Source of the DNA: Reclinomonas americana ATCC 50394
Taxonomy: Eukaryota
NCBI GenBank assembly: GCA_048213135.1
Contig: PS015010.1
Coordinates: 1,798,001-1,862,000, forward strand
DNA length: 64,000 bases
Direction: 5' to 3'
In this document: positions 1 to 9,976 of the stretch, piece by piece
Position numbering within the stretch: the first letter of the stretch is position 1
How the letters are laid out: each line of letters starts with the position of its first letter
Made by a program: the position numbers and the translations under genes
Notes under the pieces: model-generated
Told to the model about the DNA's origin: nothing
Databases searched by the model: none
The model's input: the letters and a program-made list of their open reading frames with translations, nothing else

Positions 1-1
1 A

Positions 2-691
2 CAGGGTACCCAACCGGGTTGTTATCCTTATCCCCGCACGATTTCAGTGACGGGCAGCGCTGAGATGAATGTCATTCCCGATGAGATCTATGTACAGGTC
101 ATTTTAAGGGAATACAAAAAGAAAGGCGAAAAAGTGGAGCTGGATAAGATCAAGACAGACTTCCTCAACAATTGCAAAACAGCAGGCATACCCGACAGCG
201 CCATCTCAGTTGCTTCGTATGAAGGTTATGATATGTCGTATGTGGCCAGGCGTAGAAAGAAAGACCCTGAATTGTTTGCCTCCATTATTTACCAGCTCAA
301 ATTCAATAATACCAAAAAGATCGACGAACTGGTTGACCGCCTCAATGATGATGCCACCAGCAATTTCTATATCGTACGCACTACACACAGTAAAATGGTG
401 GAATACCGGAAACAATTAAAAATTATGGCCGTGAAAGCCGCCAGGGATAAAGCCGCTTATCTTTCCGAATCGGTTAACGAACAACTGGGCCAGGCCATTA
501 CCATCACTGAACCAGAAGAATACGCCGGTTCCGATATTATGCAGGAGCGGTCAAAATATGGTTCCAATGTATATTCGAACGCGGTCAATATGAAAGAAAT
601 GAAAAGCGGCATGGGAGATTTCAGCAATGGCGTTGATTACCGCAGGATAACAGTCCGTTACGAAGTAAAAGTATTGTACGCGTTAAAATAA
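2..691 (+). CDS. SIMPL (DUF541) domain protein, 5'-truncated by window edge
   Basis: Frame open from base 2 (..RTISVTGSAEMNVIPDEIYV..AVKAARDKAAYL..LGQAITITE..VKVLYALK), typical SIMPL pattern. Confidence 0.85.
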   Translation, partial: QGTQPGCYPYPRTISVTGSAEMNVIPDEIYVQVILREYKKKGEKVELDKIKTDFLNNCKTAGIPDSAISVASYEGYDMSYVARRRKKDPELFASIIYQLKFNNTKKIDELVDRLNDDATSNFYIVRTTHSKMVEYRKQLKIMAVKAARDKAAYLSESVNEQLGQAITITEPEEYAGSDIMQERSKYGSNVYSNAVNMKEMKSGMGDFSNGVDYRRITVRYEVKVLYALK

Positions 692-700
692 ACCTACTTA

Positions 701-1336
701 GTGAAGCAGATCATTATACTATTCTTATTGGCCGGGTTTTGCACAGCCAGCTACAGCCAGAAGCAGTCCCTGGCTGAGATCAAAAAGGAACTGGAAACCA
801 CGCCTAATCCTATTGGTTATGTAAAATTCAAACTGAAAAAAAAATACTTTATCGACTCCGTAAGCGTGGTAAGTACCATGAGCTTTATGGGCAAGGCCGA
901 CAGCCTGGCCTATAAGGGAAAAGTGGGAAAAGTATACGGTCCTTTTAAACAGGAAAACATCCTGGTGAAGATACTCGCCAAAGCACCCAATACTTTTTAC
1001 CATGTAAAGCACATCCTGCTTGATACAACTGTTTACCGTCATGCATTTGCTGAAACCCTTGCCGACAGCATCATACAGCGTGTCAAAAACGGGACGTCTA
1101 CTTTCGCGGCACAGGCAAGTATCTACAGCGGCGATTTTATTTCCTCCCGGCTGGGCGGTGACCTGGGCTGGTTTGTAAGGGGCGTCATGCTGCCGCAGAT
1201 GGACCGGGAGTTACCCCGCAGAAAAAAAGGCGACATCTTCAAAGTATGGACAGCCGCGGGCTTGCATGTGATCCTTATCGCCGATAACCCGAAAGAGGAT
1301 ACGGGATATGCATTACTGCTGCGGGTTATCCTGTAA
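701..1336 (+). CDS. Exported parvulin/PpiC-type peptidyl-prolyl isomerase domain protein
   Basis: Signal peptide; VKHILL..F...A..YS.D..S...GGDLGWF..G.M motif and C-terminal GLHVI. Confidence 0.75.
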   Translation: MKQIIILFLLAGFCTASYSQKQSLAEIKKELETTPNPIGYVKFKLKKKYFIDSVSVVSTMSFMGKADSLAYKGKVGKVYGPFKQENILVKILAKAPNTFYHVKHILLDTTVYRHAFAETLADSIIQRVKNGTSTFAAQASIYSGDFISSRLGGDLGWFVRGVMLPQMDRELPRRKKGDIFKVWTAAGLHVILIADNPKEDTGYALLLRVIL

Positions 1337-1353
1337 TATCATAAAAGAAAATG

Positions 1354-1389
1354 AAATAAAGTGCAGGTTGAAAGGCCTGCACTTTATTT
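1354..1389. terminator. Bidirectional intrinsic terminator
   Basis: AAATAAAGTGCAGG-ttgaaagg-CCTGCACTTTATTT hairpin between convergent genes. Confidence 0.8.
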
Positions 1390-1395
1390 TTAAGA

Positions 1396-4300
1396 TCAGG
1401 TAAGTGATACCCGTTTGCCTGATTTTCCTTTATGCGACCTGCGGTAAAAAAGTTCCACGATAAGCGGAAATACCAGCAGGGTGAGAATGGTGGAGCTGAT
1501 GAGCCCTCCTATCACAACAATCGCCAGCGGCTTCTGTGTCTCACTGCCAATACCTTTTGAAAGCGCCGCGGGCAGCAAACCTATGGCTGCCATCAGGGCC
1601 GTCATCACCACCGGTCTTATCCTCGACTGCACACCTTTCATCACCGCCGGTGCCAGCGGTATTTTCTGGTGGAGATTTTGTTTAAACTCCGAAACCAGTA
1701 TCACTCCGTTCTGGATACAGATACCGAACAAGGCAATAAAACCGATACCCGCCGAAATGCTGAATACCGTACCGGTAACGTGCAACGCCAGTATACCTCC
1801 CATGATCGCGAAAGGCACATTCAGCAACACCAGCCCTGCATCCACTGCGTTACCAAAACTGATGAACAGCAGGATGAAGATCATGACCAGTACTACCGGT
1901 ACCACCTGCGACAGTTTTTGCTGCGCCCTTACCTGGTTCTCAAATTCACCCGCCCATTCAATGCTCGACCCTTTACCCAGTTTAATCTGCTGGTTCACTT
2001 TCTGCTGTGCCTCGGCGATGGTGCTGCCCATATCCCGTTCCCGTATGGAGAATTTGATTGCGATAAACCGGGTATTCTTATCCCGGTAAACGAATGCCGG
2101 GCCGGTCACCGTTTTAATGGAAGCGATCTCTTTCAAAGGAATTTTAGAGCCATGCATGGTAGGCACATTCAGGTTGCCGATGGCTTCTTCATTATCCCGG
2201 TAGTTTTCAGGATAACGGATACGGATATCAAATTTTCTTTCCTGCTGGTAAAATACCGAAGCCGACTTACCTCCTATCGCCATTTCAATAACGGAGTTGG
2301 CATCGGCAGTAGTAACACCATACATCGCCATCTTTTGTTCATCAAGCACAATACTCAGCTCCGGCTGGCCCAGGTTACGCATAATGCCCAGGTCTTTTAC
2401 ACCACGCACTGTACCGAGTATATTATATACGCTGTCGGCCAGTTTATCCAGTTTATCAAGGTCATTGCCGAATATTTTTACCGCCAGCGAAGCGTTAATA
2501 CCCGCGACTGCTTCCGCCACATTGTCGATGATGGGCTGTGAGTAATTGTACACCACACCGGGATATTGACGCAGTTTAGCATCCATTTCTTCCACCAGTT
2601 CATCAACACTGATCTTACGTTTCCATTCTTTCTTGGGCTTCAGGTTCACCTGGCACTGTACATAATAAAACCCGGAAGGATCGGTGCCATCATTGCTGCG
2701 CCCGGTTTGCGACAATACACCATTCACTTCATCGAAGCTGTTGAGTATTTTCCTGAACTCACCTACAAAGTGAGTGGTATTGGATAAAGAACTGCTCATG
2801 GGCAATTTGGCTTCCACCCACAAAGCACCTTCATTCAATGTTGGCAGGAATTCGCTGCCGAGGAACCGGAACGAGAAAAAACTCAATCCCAGTGCGGCAA
2901 AAGCCACAGAAAGACTTAAGCGTTTATGCGCCATGGTAAACTTCAGCGCTCCCGAAACAGACCTGTTGAAAAAATTAACGATGGGATTGTTTCTTTCTCG
3001 TGCATCCTTTTTCAATAAGATGCTGGCCAGCACAGGAACAAGGGTAAGGGTAAAAAGCAATGCGCCCAGCAAAGCGAAACTCAGTGTCCAGGCCAGCGGG
3101 GAGAACATTTTACCTTCCACTTTTTCAAATGCGAAAATGGGGATAAGACTTGTAATGATGATGACCTTGGAAAAGAAGATGGCTTTGGCCAGTCCACTGC
3201 CGGTTTTACGGATCATGCTCAGCTTAGCCATTTTATTGTACTTGTCCATCCCTACCTCGTGCGCTTTATGCGCCAGTACAACAAACAGCCCTTCCACCAT
3301 CACTACGGCCCCGTCGATGATGATACCGAAATCAATAGCACCCATCGACAGCAGGTTGGCCGTCATCCCTTTTAATTTCAGGCAGATGAAGGCAAACAAC
3401 AGCGCCAGCGGGATAATGATCGATACGACAACGGTCGTTCGCCAGTCGAACATAAAAATGAAAACGATCAGTGTCACCAGCAGTATGCCTTCCACCAGGT
3501 TGTGGCTGATGGTATCGGTACAAAAATCCATCAGGTTGTCACGATCATAGAAAGTCACCATCTTCACATCCGCGGGCAATATTTTTTCATTCAGTTCTTT
3601 GATCTTATCCTTTACTCTCGCCAGCACCTCACGCGGGTTTTCGCCTTTACGCATCACTACAATACCTTCCACCACATCGTCATTATCATCCAGCCCCGCC
3701 TGTCCTACCCGGGGTACATGACTGGGGGTTACCGTGGCCAGGTTCTTTACCAGGATGGGCGTTCCGTTGATGTTATCCACGATGATGTTACCGATGTCAT
3801 TAATGTTGTCAAGCAAACCGATACCCCTTACCACGTAAGCCTGCCCGTTCTTTTCAATAACATCGCCGCCTACATTGATGTTGCTTTTGGATACCGCCGT
3901 GTATACTTCCAGTGGCGTAATGTCGTACTTGGCCAGCATAACAGGGTCAACCGTAATTTCATACGTACGTTCCGCTCCGCCGAAAACAGTAAGATCGGCC
4001 ACCCCGGGTATGCTCCTCAGTTGCCGGTCAATCACCCAGTTCTGGATAGTATTGAGTTCGATGGAGTTCTTATTCTTGGATTGCAGCGTATAGCGGAATA
4101 TCTCTCCCGTTGGCCCGAATGGCGGCTGTACATCGGGCTCTACACCTTCGGGCAGGTTCACATTCCGCAAAAGGTTATTGACCTGCTGCCGGGCAAAGAA
4201 ATCATCCACACCATCATCGAAAATGATCTTGGTAACCGACAATCCAAACATGGAAATAGAACGCAGCGTCGATTTCTTCTGCACCGAATTCATCGCCACT

Positions 4301-4518
4301 TCTATCGGCACGGTAACGAATCTTTCTACTTCTTCGGCGCTCCTGCCGTTCCATTGGGTTACGATAATGATCTGTGTATTGGTCACATCCGGGAAGGCCT
4401 CCAGGGGCGTCCTGATATAACTCCACACCCCGGCTATAATGATGACCAGGGTCATGAAGAAGATGAAGAACCGGTTCTTTAACGAAAAAGTCACCAGTCC
4501 TGAAATGAACTTATTCAT
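1396..4518 (-). CDS. czcA: CusA/CzcA family heavy-metal efflux RND permease
   Basis: 1040 aa; AFPDVTNTQ N-terminus, GAIDFGIIIDGAVVMVE TM4 motif, RIRPVVMTA and QKPLAIVVIGGL. Confidence 0.9.
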   Translation of the reverse strand: MNKFISGLVTFSLKNRFFIFFMTLVIIIAGVWSYIRTPLEAFPDVTNTQIIIVTQWNGRSAEEVERFVTVPIEVAMNSVQKKSTLRSISMFGLSVTKIIFDDGVDDFFARQQVNNLLRNVNLPEGVEPDVQPPFGPTGEIFRYTLQSKNKNSIELNTIQNWVIDRQLRSIPGVADLTVFGGAERTYEITVDPVMLAKYDITPLEVYTAVSKSNINVGGDVIEKNGQAYVVRGIGLLDNINDIGNIIVDNINGTPILVKNLATVTPSHVPRVGQAGLDDNDDVVEGIVVMRKGENPREVLARVKDKIKELNEKILPADVKMVTFYDRDNLMDFCTDTISHNLVEGILLVTLIVFIFMFDWRTTVVVSIIIPLALLFAFICLKLKGMTANLLSMGAIDFGIIIDGAVVMVEGLFVVLAHKAHEVGMDKYNKMAKLSMIRKTGSGLAKAIFFSKVIIITSLIPIFAFEKVEGKMFSPLAWTLSFALLGALLFTLTLVPVLASILLKKDARERNNPIVNFFNRSVSGALKFTMAHKRLSLSVAFAALGLSFFSFRFLGSEFLPTLNEGALWVEAKLPMSSSLSNTTHFVGEFRKILNSFDEVNGVLSQTGRSNDGTDPSGFYYVQCQVNLKPKKEWKRKISVDELVEEMDAKLRQYPGVVYNYSQPIIDNVAEAVAGINASLAVKIFGNDLDKLDKLADSVYNILGTVRGVKDLGIMRNLGQPELSIVLDEQKMAMYGVTTADANSVIEMAIGGKSASVFYQQERKFDIRIRYPENYRDNEEAIGNLNVPTMHGSKIPLKEIASIKTVTGPAFVYRDKNTRFIAIKFSIRERDMGSTIAEAQQKVNQQIKLGKGSSIEWAGEFENQVRAQQKLSQVVPVVLVMIFILLFISFGNAVDAGLVLLNVPFAIMGGILALHVTGTVFSISAGIGFIALFGICIQNGVILVSEFKQNLHQKIPLAPAVMKGVQSRIRPVVMTALMAAIGLLPAALSKGIGSETQKPLAIVVIGGLISSTILTLLVFPLIVELFYRRSHKGKSGKRVSLT

Positions 4519-4577
4519 ATAATAGATTTATTCCTGTTCGTTGAAACAGGGAGTGAGGTAATGTGATAAAAGACCGC

Positions 4578-5660
4578 TTAATCGTTCAGCGCATCATACA
4601 CCAGCAACTGGTAACTGCTGATGATCTTTTCCCCTTCCTTTAGTCCTGACCTGATGTAGGTCGTATTGCCGATGGAAGGCCCTGTTTCGATCTCACGCGT
4701 TTCTATATCACATTTTCCCCGGTAGATCATTACATAATTTTTATTCTTGTCGAATATCACCGCTTCCGACGGAATGGCCGGCAGCCGGCTGGTATCCTCA
4801 TCATAGCGGATATTGATGCGGGCAAACATCTCGGGTTTGAGCAGGTTGCCGGGGTTTGGAATTTTGATCCTCACTTTCATCACGCGGCTTTGCGGATCGA
4901 GAATGGAAAAGATGCGATCGACTTTACCGGTGAACACTTTATCATTATAAGCGATCACTTTCACATCGGCATCATAACCTGTCCTGATCTTCGCGATATC
5001 GCTTTCAAATACATTCGCCATTACCCACACTTCTTCCAGGTTGGCAATGATGAAAAAAGGCTGGCTGCCATCCGCCCTGAACTGCATCTTATCCGTCACA
5101 TTCTTTTCCACTACATAACCCGACACGGGGGCTTTAATGGTCTGTGTGGCCTCGCCTTTAGCGCCATAAATGATATTGGTCTGCTGCATGCGTTTCAGGT
5201 CTGATCTCGCTTTTTCCAGGTCGGTCTGCGCAGCGATCACGTCTTTCTCCGTAGCCAGCCCGGCGTCCAGCATTTCCTTTGCGGATGCGAGACTTTTCTC
5301 CGCTATTTTCACCTGCGATGTGGCCGTGCTTAATTGTCCCTGGTAGTCAGCGATTTCACTGCTGTGGATCACGGCTAATACCTCGCCGGCTTTTACATAA
5401 TCACCCAGTTGTACCCGCATGTCCGTAACCACACCGCCAACCACGGGGTATATTTTCACCCACTGGTCTTCGTTGGCCTCAATCTTACCCGACAGGGCGA
5501 TCACGTTTTTCACGTTCTCGCTCTTTACTTCGTAGAGGTTGATCTTTTTTTGCAGGGTATCGGTCAGGCAGAATTTTTCTTCTCCTGCAGCGGGATCTGT
5601 TTTTTCTTTGCAACCTGTCCATACCAGTACAGGCAGCAGGTATATCCATAATTTTTTCAT
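4578..5660 (-). CDS. RND efflux periplasmic adaptor (CzcB/CusB-like) lipoprotein
   Basis: Lipobox WTGC, lipoyl-like halves (GDYVKAGEVLA, IKAPVSGYV), LKPEMFA; between TolC and RND genes. Confidence 0.9.
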   Translation of the reverse strand: MKKLWIYLLPVLVWTGCKEKTDPAAGEEKFCLTDTLQKKINLYEVKSENVKNVIALSGKIEANEDQWVKIYPVVGGVVTDMRVQLGDYVKAGEVLAVIHSSEIADYQGQLSTATSQVKIAEKSLASAKEMLDAGLATEKDVIAAQTDLEKARSDLKRMQQTNIIYGAKGEATQTIKAPVSGYVVEKNVTDKMQFRADGSQPFFIIANLEEVWVMANVFESDIAKIRTGYDADVKVIAYNDKVFTGKVDRIFSILDPQSRVMKVRIKIPNPGNLLKPEMFARINIRYDEDTSRLPAIPSEAVIFDKNKNYVMIYRGKCDIETREIETGPSIGNTTYIRSGLKEGEKIISSYQLLVYDALND

Positions 5661-5670
5661 TGGTTAAGTT

Positions 5671-6951
5671 TTATTGGTTAAACAGTGGTTTTCCAACGGC
5701 AAGCTGCAGGCTTTCCATGGCCTGCCTGCATTGATTATCGAGCTGGTTCACCTGTGCGAGGTTATCGCGGTAGGATTCATAGAAATCGGTGAACTCAACC
5801 AGGCTGATGTTCTTCTTTTTGAAATTATCGGTAACGCCTTCCAGCAGCCGGTCGTACTGGTCGCGGAATGCCGGGTCAAATGAACGAAGCACTGCGGCGC
5901 TTGACTGCAGTTTGGCATAGGCCTGCCTGACTTCATTCTCCACCGTCATTTTTTGCTGGGTAGCCAGCACCTGGCTTTGCGCTATGCTGAATTTGGCCGC
6001 TTTAATATTACCCTGGTTCCGTTTAAAGAAAGGCAGGTCAATTCCAACGGTAAGGAAACTGGCATTGTCAACAAAACTGCCGCGCTTATCAAATTCGGCG
6101 CCCAGCGTAAGGTCAGGTTTGGCCAGGGCTTTCTGAAGGCGGTAGTTCTGTTCGTTGTAACGGATACTTTGTTCCGCCTGCTTCAGATCATGCCTGCTGG
6201 CATAGGCCGTATCAATCAGTTCGGGGAGGTTATTGCGGGACAATTCCGGCAGCAGGTCGCGTGTTTCCCGGGTTATTTCGGGAATGAAATAACTGTTATT
6301 TGATTGCAACAGTCCCCTCAGCACGGTCTGCAGATCTTCTTCTTTTTGCTGCAGGGCTGAACGATCGGCCCGCAATGCATAGAGCAGTGATTTGATCCGA
6401 ACAGCGTCTTTCATTGTCACTGTGGCCGTTGCCTGCAGCTGGTCGTAGGCCTTACTGAGGTTGCTGAGATAGATCTCCTGTTTTTCATACCCGCTGGTGA
6501 TACGCCGCGTGTACAGCAATTCATAAAAAGTACTTCTCAGTACATAACGCAGGTTACGCAGCAGGTCGGCAAACTGGTCTTCACTCATGGAAACGGCAGT
6601 GAGCGCCAGTTGTACCTCCCTGTTATGTTTGCCGCCCAGTCGTATTACCTGTTGTATGGCGACGTCATACTGCCCGTTGCTGTTACTCACATTGAGCAGG
6701 CGTTTACGCTGGGGGTCGTATAAATTACCGGAGAGACTGAGTGAAGGGTTGTTGTACAGCCTGGCTTGTATTACTTCCGCACGGGCGATATCTATATTAT
6801 ACCGTTGTGCCAGCAGGCTGAGGTTGGTTTGTATAAATTGAGCTTCGGCTTCGGGCATACTGATGCGAACGGTATCCTGTCCCTGTACAGACAGCATACC
6901 ACACAGCAGCAGCACCGTAAAGCCATACAGCTTTATGGATCTGTGTTTCAT
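5671..6951 (-). CDS. TolC/CzcC family outer membrane efflux protein
   Basis: Likely start MKHRSIK at 6951 (signal peptide follows); outer-membrane efflux repeats, GIDLPFFKRNQGNI. Confidence 0.88.
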   Translation of the reverse strand: MKHRSIKLYGFTVLLLCGMLSVQGQDTVRISMPEAEAQFIQTNLSLLAQRYNIDIARAEVIQARLYNNPSLSLSGNLYDPQRKRLLNVSNSNGQYDVAIQQVIRLGGKHNREVQLALTAVSMSEDQFADLLRNLRYVLRSTFYELLYTRRITSGYEKQEIYLSNLSKAYDQLQATATVTMKDAVRIKSLLYALRADRSALQQKEEDLQTVLRGLLQSNNSYFIPEITRETRDLLPELSRNNLPELIDTAYASRHDLKQAEQSIRYNEQNYRLQKALAKPDLTLGAEFDKRGSFVDNASFLTVGIDLPFFKRNQGNIKAAKFSIAQSQVLATQQKMTVENEVRQAYAKLQSSAAVLRSFDPAFRDQYDRLLEGVTDNFKKKNISLVEFTDFYESYRDNLAQVNQLDNQCRQAMESLQLAVGKPLFNQ

Positions 6952-7069
6952 TGTATGTGGTTGAATGGTGGTATTGGCGGTCGTATATGCACAACCGTTA
7001 CCCGCAGTATGCACAGGCATCCGCAGGAAAATGTATTTATGAAATGCCGCGTTGCAGCTGTAAGAGAGA

Positions 7070-7432
7070 TCAGGCCAGGTCTGGCGGAGGAGTAAGAATG
7101 TCGTAATTGGGAGATTGCAGGGCAGGTATGCGGTAATCGTCAAACTCATGTTCAACAACCACGGCAAAGTCGTCACGTTCGAGTACGATGACGGCCTGCT
7201 GAAAATTATACTCTACTGATTTAACAAGATGGAAATTCTGGCCGTTGTCGGAGTCTTCATCATCAGGCGTGGTATCGTATCCCATTTCAACACGCACCAG
7301 CTCTATCAAACTATTGATGTCGTCCAGTTCAACACCGTTCTTATCATACACGTCTACTTCCTCTACCTGTGGCAGGAACATGGAGTTGTTCATGTGACAC
7401 AACAGCAGGAAAAATGCGACGATCCTTTTCAT
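7070..7432 (-). CDS. Small acidic hypothetical protein, first cistron of efflux operon
   Basis: 120 aa, hydrophobic N-terminus, acidic body, C-terminal ILTPPPDLA; near-consensus -7 box TATCTTCG at 7440-7447. Confidence 0.7.
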   Translation of the reverse strand: MKRIVAFFLLLCHMNNSMFLPQVEEVDVYDKNGVELDDINSLIELVRVEMGYDTTPDDEDSDNGQNFHLVKSVEYNFQQAVIVLERDDFAVVVEHEFDDYRIPALQSPNYDILTPPPDLA

Positions 7433-7511
7433 TCTGCGGCGAAGATAGAAAAAACAGTAAATGTGATATTAAATAAAAAAGGTTTTAACAGATCGTTTGA
7501 AAGAAGACACA

Positions 7512-7931
7512 TCAGGCATCAATGAAATGATTCAATGCCAGTTCATACCCTTTCAGCCCAAGTCCGCTGATAACACCTTTTGCTTTACCGGATACATGCG
7601 ACAGTTTTCTGAATTCTTCCCTGCCGAAAATATTGGAGATGTGTACTTCTATTACCGGGCTGGTAATCGCCGCTATGGCATCGCCGATGGCCACCGAGGT
7701 GTGGGTATAGCCGCCGGGATTGAAGATAATGCCGTCAACAGTAAAACCGACGCGTTGCATTTCGTTGATCAGTTCACCTTCCACATTGCTTTGAAAATAG
7801 CTCAGCTCATGCGCAGGATACCGCTGCTGCAGGGATCTGAAATAGGTATCAAAGTCCTGGTTACCGTAGATGTCAACCTCACGTTTTCCAAGAAGGTTAA
7901 GATTGGGCCCGTTGATGATCGCGATTTTCAT
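7512..7931 (-). CDS. aroQ: Type II 3-dehydroquinate dehydratase
   Basis: INGPNLNLLGKRE..YG, QSNVEG, NPGGYTHTS, EVHISN motifs. Confidence 0.97.
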   Translation of the reverse strand: MKIAIINGPNLNLLGKREVDIYGNQDFDTYFRSLQQRYPAHELSYFQSNVEGELINEMQRVGFTVDGIIFNPGGYTHTSVAIGDAIAAITSPVIEVHISNIFGREEFRKLSHVSGKAKGVISGLGLKGYELALNHFIDA

Positions 7932-7946
7932 GTTACGAAAATACCC

Positions 7947-7980
7947 AATTACGAATTAGTAATTACGAATTAGTAATTAA
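7947..7980. repeat. Heptamer repeat (AATTACG/AATTAGT) overlapping carA stop; related copies at about 20631, 23634, 59036 and 61193
   Basis: AATTACG AATTAGT AATTACG AATTAGT AATTAA read directly. Confidence 0.8.
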
Positions 7981-9069
7981 TTCAAGGAATTCATCAAACA
8001 AATACCTGCTGTCGTGCGGACCGGGTGTGGCTTCCGGGTGATATTGCACGGAGAAGGCTTTCTTATTTTTGATGCGGATACCTTCAATGCTGTTATCGTT
8101 CAGGTTCACGTGTGTGATCTCGATATTGGGATTGGCTTTCACCGCTTCCGGGTCAACACCGAAGCCGTGGTTCTGCGTGGTGATCTCGCTTTTACCACTG
8201 ATGATATTTTTCACCGGGTGATTCAGCCCGCGGTGACCGTGGTGCATTTTAAAGGTAGGGATATCGTTGGCCAGCGCCAGCAACTGGTGCCCCAGGCAAA
8301 TGCCGAACAGGGGTTTGCCGGCGGCAAGGATCTGTTTTACGGTAGTAACCGCGTAATCCATGGGAGCCGGATCACCGGGGCCATTGCTGATGAAATAACC
8401 ATCGGGTTCAAACTGCTGCAGTTCAGCAAAACCGGTGCGGGCATTGTGCACTTTCACATAAGCCCCTCTTTCCACCAGGCAGTTGAGTATATTCTTTTTG
8501 ATACCGAAGTCCAGTACCGCAACGCGGATCTTACTTTCCGGGTCGCCCAGGAAATAAGGCTCTTCCGTACTTACGGTTGACGCCAGTTCAAGCCCGTTCA
8601 TATCAGGTACTTTGGCCAGCTCGGCTTTCAGCGTTTCAATATCGGTATTATCGGAAGAGATGATGCAGTTCATGGCGCCGCAGGTGCGTATGTGCGCAAC
8701 CAGGGCACGGGTATCGATACCGTCAATGGCCACTACACCCTGCGCTTCAAAATAAGCCTGCAGTGATGCGTCGGCCATAAAGCGGCTGTAGCGGTCCTCC
8801 AGGTTACGGCCGATAACGGCTTTCACTTTTACGCTGTCGCTTTCCACATCCGCGGCTTTCACGCCATAGTTGCCAATGTGGGCATTGTTCATGATCAGCA
8901 CCTGGCCATAATAGCTGGGATCGGTAAACACTTCCTGGTAGCCGGTCATGCCGGTATTGAAGCAGATCTCGCCGGTGGCAGTACCTGTTTTACCAAATGC
9001 GTTACCATGCAGTACAGTACCATCTGCAAGGATCAAAACTGCGGGTTGTTGTATGGGAGAAGAGGACAT
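7963..9069 (-). CDS. carA: Carbamoyl-phosphate synthase small subunit
   Basis: FNTGMTGYQE..TDPSY, SNGPGDP, GICLGHQ, QYHPEA; ATG at 9069 preferred to TTG at 9087. Confidence 0.97.
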   Translation of the reverse strand: MSSSPIQQPAVLILADGTVLHGNAFGKTGTATGEICFNTGMTGYQEVFTDPSYYGQVLIMNNAHIGNYGVKAADVESDSVKVKAVIGRNLEDRYSRFMADASLQAYFEAQGVVAIDGIDTRALVAHIRTCGAMNCIISSDNTDIETLKAELAKVPDMNGLELASTVSTEEPYFLGDPESKIRVAVLDFGIKKNILNCLVERGAYVKVHNARTGFAELQQFEPDGYFISNGPGDPAPMDYAVTTVKQILAAGKPLFGICLGHQLLALANDIPTFKMHHGHRGLNHPVKNIISGKSEITTQNHGFGVDPEAVKANPNIEITHVNLNDNSIEGIRIKNKKAFSVQYHPEATPGPHDSRYLFDEFLELITNS

Positions 9070-9257
9070 TCTAGAAAGGTTTTGCAAAGAAACTGATTCA
9101 ATGCGGTATTAAACAAATAAAATTATAAACACTATGTAATATTGAATAGGGAAGATGGAAGATTGTATTCCTTTCATACCTGCCTATATATTATCAGTGC
9201 ATTCCAGGATACTGACCAATACCACAATAAATATTACATATTAAATTCCCGGGCTAT

Positions 9258-9288
9258 AAAAAACCCCGATCAAATGAATCGGGGTCTT
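9258..9288 (-). terminator. Intrinsic terminator downstream of rplQ
   Basis: CCCCGAT/ATCGGGG stem followed by a T-run on the minus strand. Confidence 0.75.
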
Positions 9289-9307
9289 ATATAAAGCGTT
9301 AACTACA

Positions 9308-9847
9308 TTATGCTTTTTCTTCTGTTGCTTCTGTTTCGGTTGTTTCAGCAGCAGGTGTTTCAGTGGTTGCTTCGGCTGCGGTTTCGGTAGCAGCGGCTTT
9401 TTTCTTGGCACCACCGGAACGGCGTGTTTTCTTGGCTGGTTCAGCAGCGGCTTTAGTGCCTTTGCCATAAATTTCGTTGAAATCCACCAGTTCGATCATC
9501 GCGATCTCCGCGTTATCACCTACCCTGGCACCCAGTTTAATGATGCGGGTATAACCTCCCGGGCGACCGGCAACTTTTGGCGCTACAACCGTGAACAGTT
9601 CTTTAACAGCAGCCTTGTCATTCAGGTAGCTGAAAACGATACGGTGGTTGTGCATGATCACTTCCTTGCTTTCAGTGTGCTTGGTTTTGGTGATCAGCGG
9701 CTCAATATAAGTACGCAGTGCTTTGGCTTTAGCCAGAGTGGTTGTGATCCTTTTGTTGGTGATCAGTTGTGAGCCGAGGTTCGACATCAGGGCTTTCCTG
9801 TGTGAAGCGGTCCTGCTCAGTGCATTGTTTTTGTTTCCGTGACGCAT
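9308..9847 (-). CDS. rplQ: 50S ribosomal protein L17 with Ala/Thr/Glu-rich C-terminal tail
   Basis: MRHG..LSRTASHRKAL, ITTTLAKAK, RPGGYTRIIK. Confidence 0.98.
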   Translation of the reverse strand: MRHGNKNNALSRTASHRKALMSNLGSQLITNKRITTTLAKAKALRTYIEPLITKTKHTESKEVIMHNHRIVFSYLNDKAAVKELFTVVAPKVAGRPGGYTRIIKLGARVGDNAEIAMIELVDFNEIYGKGTKAAAEPAKKTRRSGGAKKKAAATETAAEATTETPAAETTETEATEEKA

Positions 9848-9892
9848 GACATTTTTGTTTTGTTACCCTGTACCGTGTCAGGAATTACAGGG

Positions 9893-9975
9893 CTTGATTT
9901 GGAAATTTATTGATTTGGAAATTTGAAGATGTGGCGACAATTTTCAAATTGTCTCATTTTCAAATTATCAAATTG
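9893..9975. repeat. Short-period inverted repeat cluster (TTGATTTGGAAATTT / TTTTCAAATT)
   Basis: Direct repeats followed by near reverse-complement copies in the rpoA-rplQ spacer. Confidence 0.7.
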
Positions 9976-9976
9976 T

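Noticed and set aside
1481..4482. Long plus-strand ORFs (202-326 aa) inside czcA
   Set aside because: Antisense shadows of a well-supported gene with no recognisable motifs
6952..7176. N-terminal extension of the TolC ORF
   Set aside because: Overlaps the 7070 gene; the signal peptide begins at Met 6951
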